A stretch of 56,617 nucleotides of DNA from Prorocentrum cordatum (taxonomy: Eukaryota): contig CAUYUJ010000082.1 of the NCBI GenBank assembly GCA_963575745.1, positions 62,001 through 118,617 of the forward strand. The letters are read 5' to 3'. Numbering within the stretch: position 1 is the first letter of the stretch; each line of letters begins with the position of its first letter. This document shows positions 12,220 through 24,679 of this stretch, one piece after another. Position numbers and translations under genes: made by a program. The notes under the pieces were generated by a model. It saw only the letters and a program-made list of their open reading frames with translations, searched no databases and had not been told where the DNA came from.

Positions 12220-13590
12220 GACCAGTGTAAACCCAAGGCGCGTATTGCAATAACCCGTCCCTCCAAGTTCTCTTTTTTCATAGGTCCCTGCAATCACATA
12301 TTTCAAGTGCGGAAAGTACCCCATTGGAAGACAACCGTTTGAGAATCCTCAATTGTGGTAAATTTCAAATCTTGAGATTTCAACGCCTGGAATCAACTTG
12401 ACTGTCACGTCCTCTGAGTCCTAACTCGTGCCTCAACACCGCCCCTCGGACTTGAGCACCACGATTCAACTTGAATGTTGCGTCCTGACAGTTTTCAAGA
12501 GTGCCAGAACACCTTTCCAGGGACTTCAACTGTACGAATTCTTGAAACTGTTGCAAGCGTTTGAGAAGAATGAGTGCTGCGCTAATACGATAGTCGCATG
12601 TTGAAAACGGACTGGCCTCCATATTTGGAGCTGTTGCGAAGTTTTCAGACGAATGTACGCGGTGCTAAGACGAGAGCAATACTTTGAAAACGAACCGCTT
12701 ACCATCCGTGGAACTTCGGCAGACTTCAAGCTTCAATATTAAACGTGGTGAGGAAGTCTCAGGCGAAACGCTTGACCCGCCTTACCAACACGTGTGGGGG
12801 GTCGACAGGGGGGAGTTATGTTTAAAGACAACGGATGAAGCATGATGGTGATGATGATTATGATGAGGAGAAGGGTTGACCAGTACAAACCCAAGAGATC
12901 AACAACGATATTGCAACAAACCTTCCCTCCAAGTTCCCTCGTCATAGGCCCCTACAAGAGCTCTTCTTCACTGATGGAAGTGCCCCGTTCGAAGTCAGCC
13001 GTTTGATAATGTTGAACTGTGCCACAACATCAATCCTGGGACATCAGCGCCGCGAATCATCGTTACTGCTGCGTCTTCACGATCCGGAATCGTGCCAGAA
13101 CACCCTTGTTGGGATTTCAACACCGCAAATCAACGTGAAAGTCGCGCCCTGGCACTCCGCAGTCGTGCCAGAACACCATTTTTGGGACGTCAACCATGCA
13201 GCTCCATGAAACGGTTGCAAAGTTTTAAGACGAATGTGTGCGCGGCCTAAGGCGAGCGCCACAGTTTGAAAGGGAACCGCCCTCCATGCGTGAAGCTCTT
13301 GCATTTTTCCGACGCGTGTGCGCGACGCTATGGCGAGAGCCGCATTTTGAAAACGACCCGTCCTCCATGGGTGATGCTCGTGCAATGTTTCAGGACAGAT
13401 GGGCACGGCGACAGTCGCATTTTTCAAACGACCTGCTCTCCATGCCGGAAGCTCTTGCATCTTTTAATGTGTGCGGCTCTAAGGCGAGAGCCACATTTTG
13501 ACACCAGGGAAGTCTCCAGCGAAACGCCTGGCCCGCACTACTGACACGTCTAGGGGTACGGCAGGGAGACATTATTTATAAGGTAAAGGG
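12220..13590 (+). repeat. Two diverged tandem copies of a ~0.65-0.75 kb satellite-like unit
   Basis: accagt..aaacccaag...tattgcaa...ccctccaagttc...cataggyccct at ~12221 and ~12879; gaagtctc..gcgaaacgc.tg.cccgc at ~12752 and ~13509. Confidence 0.7.
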
Positions 13591-13850
13591 ATGGATGATG
13601 ATGATGATGCTGCTGCTGCTGATGATGATGATGATGACGATGATGATGATGATGATGCTGATGCTGATGCTGATGCTGATGCTGATGATGCTGATGCTGA
13701 TGCTGATGCTGATGTTGATGTTGATGTTGATGTTGACGTTGATGCTGATGATGGTGGTGATGCGGATGATGATGACGATGCTGATGACGAATAATCATAT
13801 GACGATGCTGATGATGAGGAGGAGGAGGAAGGGGAAGAGGAGGAGGAGGA
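13590..13850. repeat. (GAT/GCT)n and (GGA)n microsatellite
   Basis: Directly visible. Confidence 0.9.
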
Positions 13851-14243
13851 GGATTTTGCCTTTCAAGCGTTTGATGGTAATGTTAACCAGCATACGGCCA
13901 CGCGCAACCGCTGCTGGACTCAGGTCGAAGGCAAACAGGTGGCTGATAACCTCTGACGCCGAGTGAGGAGACGGCGCCACGGGCGAGGTTCGCCTCCCCC
14001 CGAAAGGGGGCCAGGGCAAAGTCCTTGCAGAGCCGCCGAGACCAGCGCCAGCACGAGCAGGCAAGACGAGATCGCTGCGAGACCGTGTCTCAGCTTATTC
14101 ATTCCGAGTCAGAACAATCCCTCCCCCGCTCACCCCCCCCACCGACCACAAGAGGAGGCGGAGGAGGAGGAGGAGGAGGAGGACGAGGAGGAAGAGGAGG
14201 AGAGGGGAGCGAGGCGAGAGGAGAGAAGAGAGAGAGGAGAGGG

Positions 14244-14282
<39 letters not shown>

Positions 14283-14765
14283 GGGAACGACGACGATCGC
14301 GACGACGACGCCTCCCACAGGACGGCCCGAGGGCGCCCCTGGCGGTCTGCTCGGCGTACAAGAGCGGCGGGGTGGGCGGCGTGCTGGGCGCGCCGGGCGG
14401 CGCGGCGCGGTTCCCGGCCCGCGGTCCCCGGGGCCCTTCGACGGCCCGCGACGGCGGCAGTGGCCGCCGCAGAGGCCGTCGCCGCCCCGCGGCCGTCGCC
14501 GCCACCGCGGGCGCAGTCGCCGCCGCGGCCGCCGCTGCCGTCGCCGTTGCGCGGTCGCCGCCGCCGCCGCCTTCGAGGATTGAAGCTGGTGGGGAGAGGC
14601 GCCGCGAAACTCGAAGGAACAGGCATACATCCCCACCTGGGTGGCCAGGCGCCCTTCTCGATGCATGGCCGCCTGCGGCGCCAGAGGGGCCCCACGAGGG
14701 CTAAAACGTAGCACCAGGACCCTTAAGAAGTATATATTCCGCCCGAGTTTTGCAGCAGCCCTGAG

Positions 14766-15108
14766 AGTAAACATGCTCCTCTCCGCCTCATATTCAATGA
14801 GAGCTTAAGATAAGTTGCATGCTTCGCACGTTCTGCCTGAACTACTGCTGCATCCTGCAGCTGTATTGATTGCTCAAACAAGCCAGCCTTGGCTTGCAGG
14901 AGAGAAAAGGAGCGCGCCAGCCCTCGGCCGTCGCGCGTCGTCGGTCGTAGGCCAGCCGGCCTCCTCCCTATACATTCCTGATCGAGTAATCTTGCTTAAC
15001 GGATACTTGTCTTATCGATGTCTCATCCCGTCCCTTCTCTCCCTGAGCAGAGTGAACGTGAGATTTTAATTCCTTTGGCATCTTATCCCGATTCTCAGAG
15101 GAAAGACT
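14766..15108 (+). repeat. 5' LTR (AGT...ACT termini)
   Basis: Colinear with 37206-37548; 13 substitutions and no indels by manual count (~96% identity). Confidence 0.96.
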
Positions 15109-15128
15109 GGTTATCAGCCGAAACGCGC
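15109..15128 (+). promoter_or_regulatory. Primer binding site, half-tRNA (hemivirus-like) type
   Basis: GGTTATCAGCCGAAACGCGC directly abuts the LTR. Its reverse complement GCGCGTTTCGG-CTGATAA-CC looks like a tRNA anticodon arm; compare the Drosophila copia PBS GGTTATGGGCCCAG. Confidence 0.7.
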
Positions 15129-15203
15129 GACTTAGTCGACGCGGGGCCGACCCACCCGGGAAAAGGAACTTCGGGTGAGCCTCGCGACTTAGTCGCTGCG
15201 GGA

Positions 15204-18200
15204 ATGAGCTGTGATAAGACAGATGACGAGTCCGTCGTTTCGCGAAGCGCCGAAAGGCATGTTGTACAACATGACGGACATAATGCTATTGAGAGCGGCC
15301 CGACTCAGGGCCGTATCCCTCCTTCTTATATCGCCGCTCGGGTATCTAGGGGCAGAAGCACTGAAGGGGTGGTAGAGATGTCGGCAGATGTCTCCCCCTC
15401 CGGGATTCCGATTGGTAACCGGGAACAAACCCCAGACACGCACGGGCGAAAAGGCACAACAGCGAGACCTAGACAAAGTGCGTTCTCGTCTTGGAGTGCC
15501 AAATCGACGGAGTCAATCAGCCCGATTCCAAATGCTACACATACAATCGTGCCTGCCACTGGTGAAACCAGTAGGCAAGGTGGTGCCCATGAGAACGCAG
15601 GCTTTTACCCCAGCGTCCCAGGCGAATGGGCAGGTGCGAATAGAGACGTCCCCGTCCCAATAGCGTTAAATTGACAACTCGGTCAGGACAGCGATGATCC
15701 CATTGATCAAGAACATGGAGTAAACTCAATGGAGGAGGATCTTGATAATATCAACAACGAAATCTCTCTGAGCCGAGAATTGCCCCTCATGATGGAAGAA
15801 GACCTCCCCGCCCAAGGCGAGAGGTGGTCTCCAGATGGATCTGATGAAGACACTAGTATCCTGACGCCTCAGGCGGACAGGACTGACGCTCAAGCGAAGC
15901 ACGAGAGGGAGTCCACAGGCCGAACCCCTGCACCTCACCTCAAGAAGCAGAGAAATGATGATTATGACCTAAATGTCTCACCACTGAAGGAAGGTTTCTT
16001 TCGTTCCGCGGTCACCTCGGGCGACTGGTAACCCTCTTTACCAGCTGTCGTTGAGGATGGGGAAATGGTTGGACAACCAGCTTCGTGCACTGAGCTAATA
16101 AAGCAGGACGAGAGGGATGATGAGCTCCTAGACGTACCCAAACCCCCAGAAAGCATTTTTGCTCGCCCCAGATCGAATGCGTCTAGTAGGGGAAGACCCA
16201 AAATACCTAGATCAGGAGCGAGGTCTACTTCAAGAAGCAACAGTACCATTTCTACTATGGAGGAATGCTGGAACCCGAGCACTGACTGTACGCCTCAGGC
16301 GGAAAGCAGATGTCCGGGGAAAGCCTACCGGACAGAAGGTGCATGTAAGCATCTAGTTTGTAAGAGTTGCTTTGAAGTACGCCGCAAGTGTAATGCCCAA
16401 TGGTTGTGTACCGAGTGTCTTCCCATGGAAGAACACAGCTGCATTTATTTTCTAATGCAGACAATCCAGGATCAGGCTGGGCTGGCCGAGGCTAACACCC
16501 AGCGAGACTTCCTCGCGAGTGAAGCACAGTTGGCCGAAAGGGCCCGCCTGGGTCGAGAAGAGATGATTGCGACCATGGAAGAAGTTCGGAGAACATTGGA
16601 GGCTGAGAGACTCGCCCTAGCTATGGCCGCTAGGGGGCGAGAGCGAGAACTGATGGAACGAATGTATCATCAGACCGCGGCCGCTCAGCGGCAGGCGGAG
16701 GTGGAAGCCGAAAACAGATATCGCGAGATGCTGGCTTCTGAACGGCAGGCCATTGCGGCGGCTACTGCTCAATCTGTCGATGCCGAAACGGTCGCTGCGG
16801 CTGTTGCGGTGGCCAGAGTAGAAGGAGGACGAATCGCTACAGCCAAGGCGGAGCGTGAAACGCCAGGCTGGAAGCGGTCAACACCCAAGCTGTAGCTGCG
16901 AAGATAGCCGACCAGAACAATCAATATTTGGAAGGACTTAGATCGCATGAAGGAGCTGGAACTTCCCTTCAGCGTATGCGATCGAGCAATGCTAAATGCC
17001 CGCCGGCGAAGCCGACTGGGACGAACGTGCACCAATTGTCGGCGGCTCAGTCGTCTGGCGCCGTGTCCGTTCCATCACAGTCTGACCTGACGAACATAGC
17101 AGATGCGGGGGCGTCAACCCTGGTGGTAAGAGAGATGGCGCATTCTCCACCCGAGGAGCGGGGCGAAACATTAGCAGAGAGATCCATATTGGCTCAGTTT
17201 TGCTCGGTTTGCTTTCGCCCGAAAACGGGGAATTGCGTCGGCTGTGGCCGATCGGCTTGTGAAGATCATTTCGATGCGAGCGCTAGAAGATGTTCAAAAT
17301 GTGATTTATGGAGTGAAAGGTCGGCTGCCAGCATGCGAGAAGAAGAGGCCATGGCGAACGCAGCTGAGACAGAGAAAGGAACGATGAGGCTCAAAGCCAT
17401 CATCACGGATCCAACTCCGTATGCTGAACAGAAGCGAAGTAAAGGGCTCGCTCTGAGCTCATTTGATGTGCCGTTACTGTTTCGGGACACTCCTATAAGG
17501 CCGTTGTTGCGCGATAACTTTACTGTCCCAGGTCCTGCCCTAGAGGGTCCGGCTACGCCGTGTATCCCTGAGAGTGGATTTCCAATTAACGTTAAACTGA
17601 CAGGTTCTAGTGGCGACAACACACTCGCCAATTACCGCCCATCCGCAAGGGATGGCTCTGCGGGGCCGACGGCGACTAAGTCGTCGGGTCGGGCGCTGAA
17701 GGGCAGGGCGGAAATGGGGATGACAAGAGTGACGCTCCGAACTCCGAGAACACGTCGATGCGTGACGACGGTCGAGGCAAAAGACCGCATAAGTCGCCTC
17801 CAGGAAGCCCAGGGGGTTCAGATCCCTCGGATGGCGGAGGCAGCCGCGGAGGACCTCAAGGCCCTCGCGGGCCGCAGGATCCAGTTGTCATTGATGAAGG
17901 TACGCCATCCATTAGATCAATGGAGACAGGTAGGCAATAATCAGAAAATCGACCTAATGGATATCCCCACCGTTGCTAACATAAGGGAGTGGCAAATGCA
18001 TGCGGTCCGGGCGATCGCCGGATCGTCGCCTGAGAGTCAGGCAGCGCATCGCTGGATCGCGGAAGCAATGGGCCCAGCCGTGGACGATGAGCAGCTAAAA
18101 GATGCAGGGCGCTGTCAGCGGCTTGACCTTATGATTGCTACAAATCTGATAGAAAAATCCAACAAGATGCGGATAAATCGTATGCAGACTGGTCATCATA

Positions 18201-19207
18201 TCCATTTCCTCCAACAGATCCAACGGATGGTGTGCAGCGCCCGGAATGAGGGAAGGCTCTTAACTGGACGCGTGATGGTACGAGCCATTTGCCATTGGTG
18301 CTCTGTCCGATCAGAGTTGGGCTAATGTCGCATTTCGCGGGGTATCTTCAAGGTAGTTATTGACCCCCGCAAGCCAGATGCTGACCTGCTTCATTTCTAT
18401 AGACGTGCTAGACAGGCACGTCTAGGCGGAGGTGGGGGTAATGACAACCGAAGGAATGCCGGCGGTAAAGCCGCTCCGGCAGAAGTGGCAGCCAAGCTGG
18501 GGAAACCCACTGATGTCATGAAAAGCGGATTGACTAAGGGCGAGACGACGGGCAAGTACGTGCGTAAGGGCGAAACCTGCCCGTATGCTGGGAAAGTTTG
18601 CCCCTTTAATCATAAGAAGCCCAAGAATGCCGCGCCGGCTCAGCCGAGTGCGGGAAAGAAAAACAGCGCTGCACCTGCCCAGGATAAGGGTGCCAGAGGG
18701 GGATCCAAAGACAGAAGCCGAAAAGGGCAGGGTCGATCCCAGACCCCGACGGGTGGACGCGGAAAAGGAGCGCAACAGAAAAACAGGAGTCAATCCAATC
18801 AATCGCGCGGAAGAGAGAGCAATATCCCATGTTACGCGTATTCCCGAGATCCCAAGAATTGTCGAGGGCCGGCAGATGGTTGCAACAAGGCTCACAGAAC
18901 GCTGAGTGACGCTGAGAAGCTCAAACGTGACAAGTGGGAGCAGTCGAAGCTTGACGCGGGACAATCTTTGGGATGTGAGCGTACGACCAAACAAGCCAAT
19001 GCCGCCGCTGCCAATGTCTCATCAACAGGAGGTAACACTGGCTCGAGAGCCTCTAACATTAATTCTGACAAACGCAAGAAGGATGGAGACAATAGCAAAG
19101 GCAAAGGCAAAGGCAAGGACATGGTCTTCCGCTCCTACAGGGAGACAGGTAAGTGCTCGCGCGGCAAAGAGTGCTGGTTTGCCCAGACCACGGACGGTCA
19201 TCCGTGA
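15204..19207 (+). pseudogene. gag: Large Gag-like ORF, disrupted: Cys-rich fingers, coiled coil, capsid-like region, C-terminal CCCH-type fingers
   Basis: Fragments 15018-15674, 15729-16031, 16065-16895, 16928-18325 and 18485-19207; motifs CKHLVCKSC..CTEC, CSVC..CVGC..CEDH..CSKC, CYAYSRDPKNC..GCNKAH; lies between the PBS and the protease. Confidence 0.7.
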
Positions 19208-19949
19208 CAGTGGCTTCACACTGGCGGCTCAGCCGTCAGTGTTGGAGGAATGATACATGTAATTTTGTTAAGGGTCTTCTTCCTTATCTTCCTTGCTCGG
19301 CGGATGTGGCGAAGCCCGCGTCGGTCAAGCAGAAAACGGGGGGGTCAGGAGAGACCCGCTGACCAAGTCAGCTTGGGTGCCATAGCGTGCCCCGCTCCGT
19401 TATTTCGGGGCCTCCCTGGGCAGAAACAAGCAAGCCCTAAGTTTTTGAAAGCTGTCGCTGCTACCGGTGGGGGGGGAGACTACCGGAATCCCTTCGGCGA
19501 CGAAGTTTACCAGGAAAGCAGGAAACAGGTCGAGAGTCTCGTCAATGTCCTTGCGAATTTCCTATATCCTCTTTCTCGGGGCGCGATCAAGAAGTACTGG
19601 TGCGTCCCCCCCTAGTAAGAGTTGCATCCGACATCATAAAAGCGATAGATGCAATCTCCGTGTCCGTTTTCACCCCTCTACTGAGGAACCCACTATCACT
19701 TGGAGGAAGGCGCGTCGCTACGACTTGAAAGAGTTGCCTTCGAGTAGCACAGACAGACGGAGGTTCCCGGGAGAAGCGCGCAGACATACATCCACTCTGT
19801 CGAGGGCATCTACTGTAGAAGCTTTGATCAGAGCGTCGGACCTGCAAGATGAAGTCTGGCACCTCTGGTTGAAGACTGAGGAGGGGGGAGAGGGCCCGCG
19901 CGGCGCAGCCGCTGCTGGATGCACAGACAAAGATGCTGCGTATCTCGGC

Positions 19950-20290
19950 GCGCTGAGCTTCATCATTGACACAGGATGTGGGTATAACCTCACAGCGGAA
20001 AAATGCATCAGAAGTGCAGGTGCAATGAGGTTGATTCGAAAGCTTCCGCAATCGATCACTCTGAACACTGCTGGGGGAGAATCCAAGGCCCTCGGTTCAG
20101 TTCGCATCGTTCTAACGCTTTAGTCATGCCGGAGACTCCGTGCGTGATTTCGGTAGGAGAGCGGTGCGTGGATCACGGCTTTAGCTTCTTCTGGCCAGCA
20201 GGCCAAAGACCCTACTTGTTATTGCCCAATGGCCAAAGAGTGGACCTGGCCGTTGAGGGCAAGATACCGTACTTGACCCTATCAGGCAAA
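19950..20290 (+). pseudogene. pol: Aspartic protease domain (frameshifted)
   Basis: FIIDTGCG (catalytic Asp codon at 19968) and LNTAGG; continues in the next frame as ETPCVISVGERC...IPYL. Confidence 0.85.
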
Positions 20291-20950
20291 GAGGCACTGG
20301 GTCAGTGGATGTGTGCGGTTGCCGCCGGAAAAGGTGAGGCCCCCGAGCGGTGGTGTTGCGTGACGCCAGGCGCCAAGGCATTCCTGGACAATGTGGAATC
20401 TGCGGGAGGCCCTCCGCCCCGCGCTGTCCAGACTCGCGTGACCATAGACCTGCATGCACATGAGTTGATTGGAACCCACAGCTACGCTGATGGACGGCCG
20501 ACTGAGATCGCGGCCGCCTTTCCATCTTCGATAGACTCTGCGGATACCACCACCTACTTCTATTATTCGCTTCAAAAGGCTAGTGAATGCGGTTGGAGTC
20601 GGACGCCGACCGGTATCGCTGCCTCTAAAAGTCTCTCAGCTTTGCCCGACCACGGTCAAGCCGTCGGTCAGTGCGACGAACAGCCCGGCAAAGCCGAGGC
20701 CTGCGCTGCCGCATACAGATACCCCCGTGGGTATGGAGTTTCCGGATGTCTTCCTTACGAAATATATCGAGGACTGGACTCATATGTGTGCAGCGCGGCC
20801 CCAGGACCCGAAGAGGGTGAAGTTGGAGACGCTGACGGTGTCGACTTAGTCGACGTCGACGCACCGCCAGATTTAGACCCAGACGTTGCGGAGGTTGAGG
20901 TGTCGGAGACCGTTGCCGAGCGGCTAAAGACGGCCGCAGCCTCCCTGCCG

Positions 20951-21730
20951 CACCTTCTAACTCATACTCCCAAGAACCCATATTGTTCATTATGCAATGG
21001 GGCCAAAATTATTAGAAAGCAACAGCGCAAAGCGCAACACAAAGGGCTTAAGGTTCCCCGCCCATGCGCTAACCCCACTTCGTTCGGACACCTGACGACG
21101 GTGGACCATTGGTTTGCGATGGATGAACTATCGCGGGGGCTCCACGACGAGACCGCGTGTGTGACTTTTCGCGACCGAGCTACGGACTTTCTCGGCGCTC
21201 AGGGTGTACACGACAAGTCTGCGGTTCACGCGTGTAACTTTGTAGTAAACCTGAGAGCCCCGGAGGATAAGTTATAATATTGTTATACAGATGGTGCAAG
21301 AGAGCTTGCGAGGGCATGTTGCGAGCTCAATATTGCCCATGATCCCACCATCCCAGGAAACAAGAAACATAGCGCTGTTGCCGAGCGTGCAAATGGCGTG
21401 GTGCAGATGGGGGCCAGAGCCTTACTCATGCAGGCCAGTCTTCCGCCACCGTTTTGGACCTATGCAGTCCGTTACTTCTGCTTATGCTACAATACTCGAA
21501 CCCCGGCAGAGGGGCAGTCAAGCTGGGAGCGACGCTTTGGATGTACATTCGACGCTCCGCTCCTTCCCTTCGGATCCCTCATGCGCTACGTGCCTCCACC
21601 TGAGTCCAGATTTCGGACCGCCAAGACTGGTGCAACGATGATTCCGGGGATATGCTTGGGGTATGTGCACAAAGCGGGGGGGCTGGTTGGACCAGATAGC
21701 TATGTTGTCCCTCTGAGGCAATTGGATGGA
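20951..21730 (+). pseudogene. pol: Integrase (HHCC plus DDE), with a stop and a frameshift
   Basis: HLLTHTPKNPYCSLC; LTTVDH; YTDGARE; AERANG; LLMQASLPPPFWTYAVRYFC; PFGS; GICLGY. Confidence 0.9.
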
Positions 21731-23189
21731 CTGAACATGGAGACAGGGCGTACCCCAGAGGGAAATCGACCCACCATTGAAAAGTCTGACCAGGTGTACA
21801 GCAACATCTTAGATGGTACTGCTGATGACCAGTCGCCCCAATTCCTTCTGCGAAAAGCGTACGAGAAAGCGGCGACATAAGTACGATCCGTCACGATCCC
21901 CACAGAAACACAGGAGAAGCTGCGGCCGTCCCAGACGGACCTCAACCAGCCACAGGGATAAGACCGGACAACACGTTTAATGTTGACGATCCTGTTATTG
22001 TTATGCCACCGCCTTCTCAAGGAGGCGAGGGCGTTCCACGCGTCGACTCAGAGGCCGTTCTAGAAGACGACGGCCCAGGGGGTTTGTGCGTGGGTGACGA
22101 GCCTATGGTTGTTGGCGGTAGGGATCCTCAACGCGACTCCCATCCAGCTGACAAGAATCAAAAGCTGGGACTCGCACGACTCGAGTATCGTTTGGACAGA
22201 CAGTCCAACTTCTCAGCGGCTAAGCCGCGCGAGAAGGTCCCCGGGAAAGGGCAACTTCTTGCTCGAACAACTCAAAACCTGGACACGATGGAATACTTCG
22301 AAGACAGACGAATCGTCGCTGGACTCACAAAAGAGGAGTTGACACATAAACTTCCAGTGACAGGTCGTCGAAAGACATGCAGGATTCGAGTTGTTCTTTA
22401 TTATGATCCCGACTACGTGCCTATAACACGAGTGTGGGTCACAGACCCTGAAAAAGCTGCCTGAATCCACCAATCCGGGGATGCATCCGGGACGATGGTT
22501 GAACGTGAATCAAGCGCAGCGCCGGCGGGCCGTGGAACAATACAAGGCAGAAAAGAGAGGATTCTTCGGTATTGAAGATCCCGGCCCTTGCCTCGGACTC
22601 CTGCGTGACATTGGCCTGGCTGTGGGCGACCCACCGACTCCGCCTGATCCCGCAGAGGCCCAGCCACTTGCGGCTCTTCTAGAGGTCAGGTTTTCAGCGC
22701 CTGAGGTGGCTGAGAGGCTGCGCCGATTGAAGAAAAACAGCCTGTGCTACACCCTTGGCAGCGGACGTGGGGCGGCGTCGCGACACACCCAGGGCGGTCA
22801 AGCCGCGCCAGCGACTGATGCATCCTCGGAGGAAGATGATTCGGTATGACATCTTTCGGATGATGAAGATATTTGATGGAAACAGACATGGTATGGAGAC
22901 ACTATTGCACGAGATGGGCTCCCCTCCGGCTCAGCCGGTAGGGATTCTTTGTCCGATGATCAAGATGACGGGTCTGAGGACAATCATGAGGCAAGCCAGA
23001 CCCCGAGTCCGGCGGCCGCCGCGTCGCGGCGAAGCGTGCCTCGGATGCCGCTACAGCATAACTCAGAGGCAGATCTCAGTCATTGTGAAAATGAAAAATT
23101 TGATTTGCAATATTTCTACAATCCTTTTACTGACCTTATTTCAATCGTCGATGAAGCCTTCCAACTTCCTAATGATTGGCGACGCGCCC

Positions 23190-24640
23190 ACGTAGATGCT
23201 GCTGTCGCCAGATCCGTCTCGAAAGACGAGGCCAAAGCAAATAAAGATGCCCAAGCTGCCCTGAGAAAAGATGGGATAGGTTGCGGGCCATAGGCACATG
23301 GACAGAAGATGGCGTCAGAGAGTGCTCTGATGTGGTTGCCGAACTCAAGGGAAAGACGGCCCATTTTGGCCGGCTGTTTGCGATCCTTGTTGAAAAGAAC
23401 TCGGAGTTACCGTTGGGACATAAAGGTCGCAGGTATAAAGGTCGGGTAGTTTGCGATGGCTCGAGTGTTCAAGATCAAACTAAGGATGTGGCATTATTCC
23501 AGGAACTTCCCAGCAGTCCCACCACGATGCAGGCCAGCAAAGCAGCCGACACCTACGGGCTATTCGAAGGTCACAGCATCGAGCAAGCGGATGCCCGCCA
23601 GGCCTACGCTCAGTCGAAACTGGGGGTCACCCCCACGTGGGTTTTCTTGCCTCGAGATGAATGGCCTAAGGCGTGGTCGCACATGCGTGGCCCCGTATGC
23701 CCACTGTATCTATACGGGCACCCTGATTCAGGTGGATATTGGGAGCAGAATTGTGAAGGGCATGTTACGGCAAAAGGCTTTGTGAAGTGTAGTCCGTGGC
23801 GCAGCTGTTATGTCCACAAGGAATTGCACATTTTCTGATTATCTATGTTGATGACTTTAAGCTGTCGGGACCTGCCGACAAGCTCGCCGAGGGCTGGAAA
23901 CTATTACAAGAGCCCTCTGGTAACTGTCCCAAGGGAATCGAGATAGATCCTCCAACTGCAGTTGGACAATACTTGGGATGTGAACATACATTGTCAACCC
24001 GAACGGTTGAATGGCAGGGTGAGTTACCTGCAATCTTAGACCCGCCTCCTCCCAATGTTAAGAAAAACGCCTCCGTCACAGACGAGAGTAGCGAGGAGGA
24101 AACGGGGGGTGACTCGGCGGTTCAACCGTCCGAGCCATATCAGCCGAGAGAACCAAAATTAGAAAAAGTCATAGAATATGACATGACGGAGTTCTTTGAG
24201 TCCTGTGTTACCTTGTATGCTCAGCTAACGGACACCGACCCAGCTACTTATCCGGACTCGGGTGCCCCGTTTGGCCCTGAGCTTACTGATCTAGAAGATG
24301 GCCAGGGCGGCCCAAGAGGCGAAATTTCCTCCCCCGCTGAGGAGGCAATAGCATCAGCCTTGCAAATCAATGTTGATTCTGGCCCCCTGATTGGAAGATA
24401 GAAGTTATTGGCCTTGACGCAGCAGTAGCAAGCCCTGATGACCCCGAGCCACCGACTCAGTCGGGTGTGCTCCAACCCATTGCAGCAAAAGTATTGATGA
24501 AGATACTTTATGGTGCGTGAATGGCAAGATGCGACTTGCTTCGAGCAGTATGTCAAACCGCAAGTTGCATCACAAAATAGACAGAACAACAAGACATGGA
24601 TCTATTCCGCCTCATATGTTATATCAAATGTACCTCCCAT
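23190..24640 (+). pseudogene. pol: Copia-type reverse transcriptase (frameshifted)
   Basis: GRLFAILVEK..YKGRVV; ADARQAYAQ; LYGHPDSGGYWEQ; IYVDDF (YVDD at 23844-23855); YLGC; KILYGARMARCDLL. Confidence 0.93.
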
Positions 24641-24679
24641 TGCCGTATGACTTCGTGGGTAGGCGACAAAAAGGAGGAT

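Noticed and set aside
23358..23372. CCATTTTGGC partial match to the spliced leader
   Set aside because: Short match inside the RT coding motif AHFGRL; chance similarity
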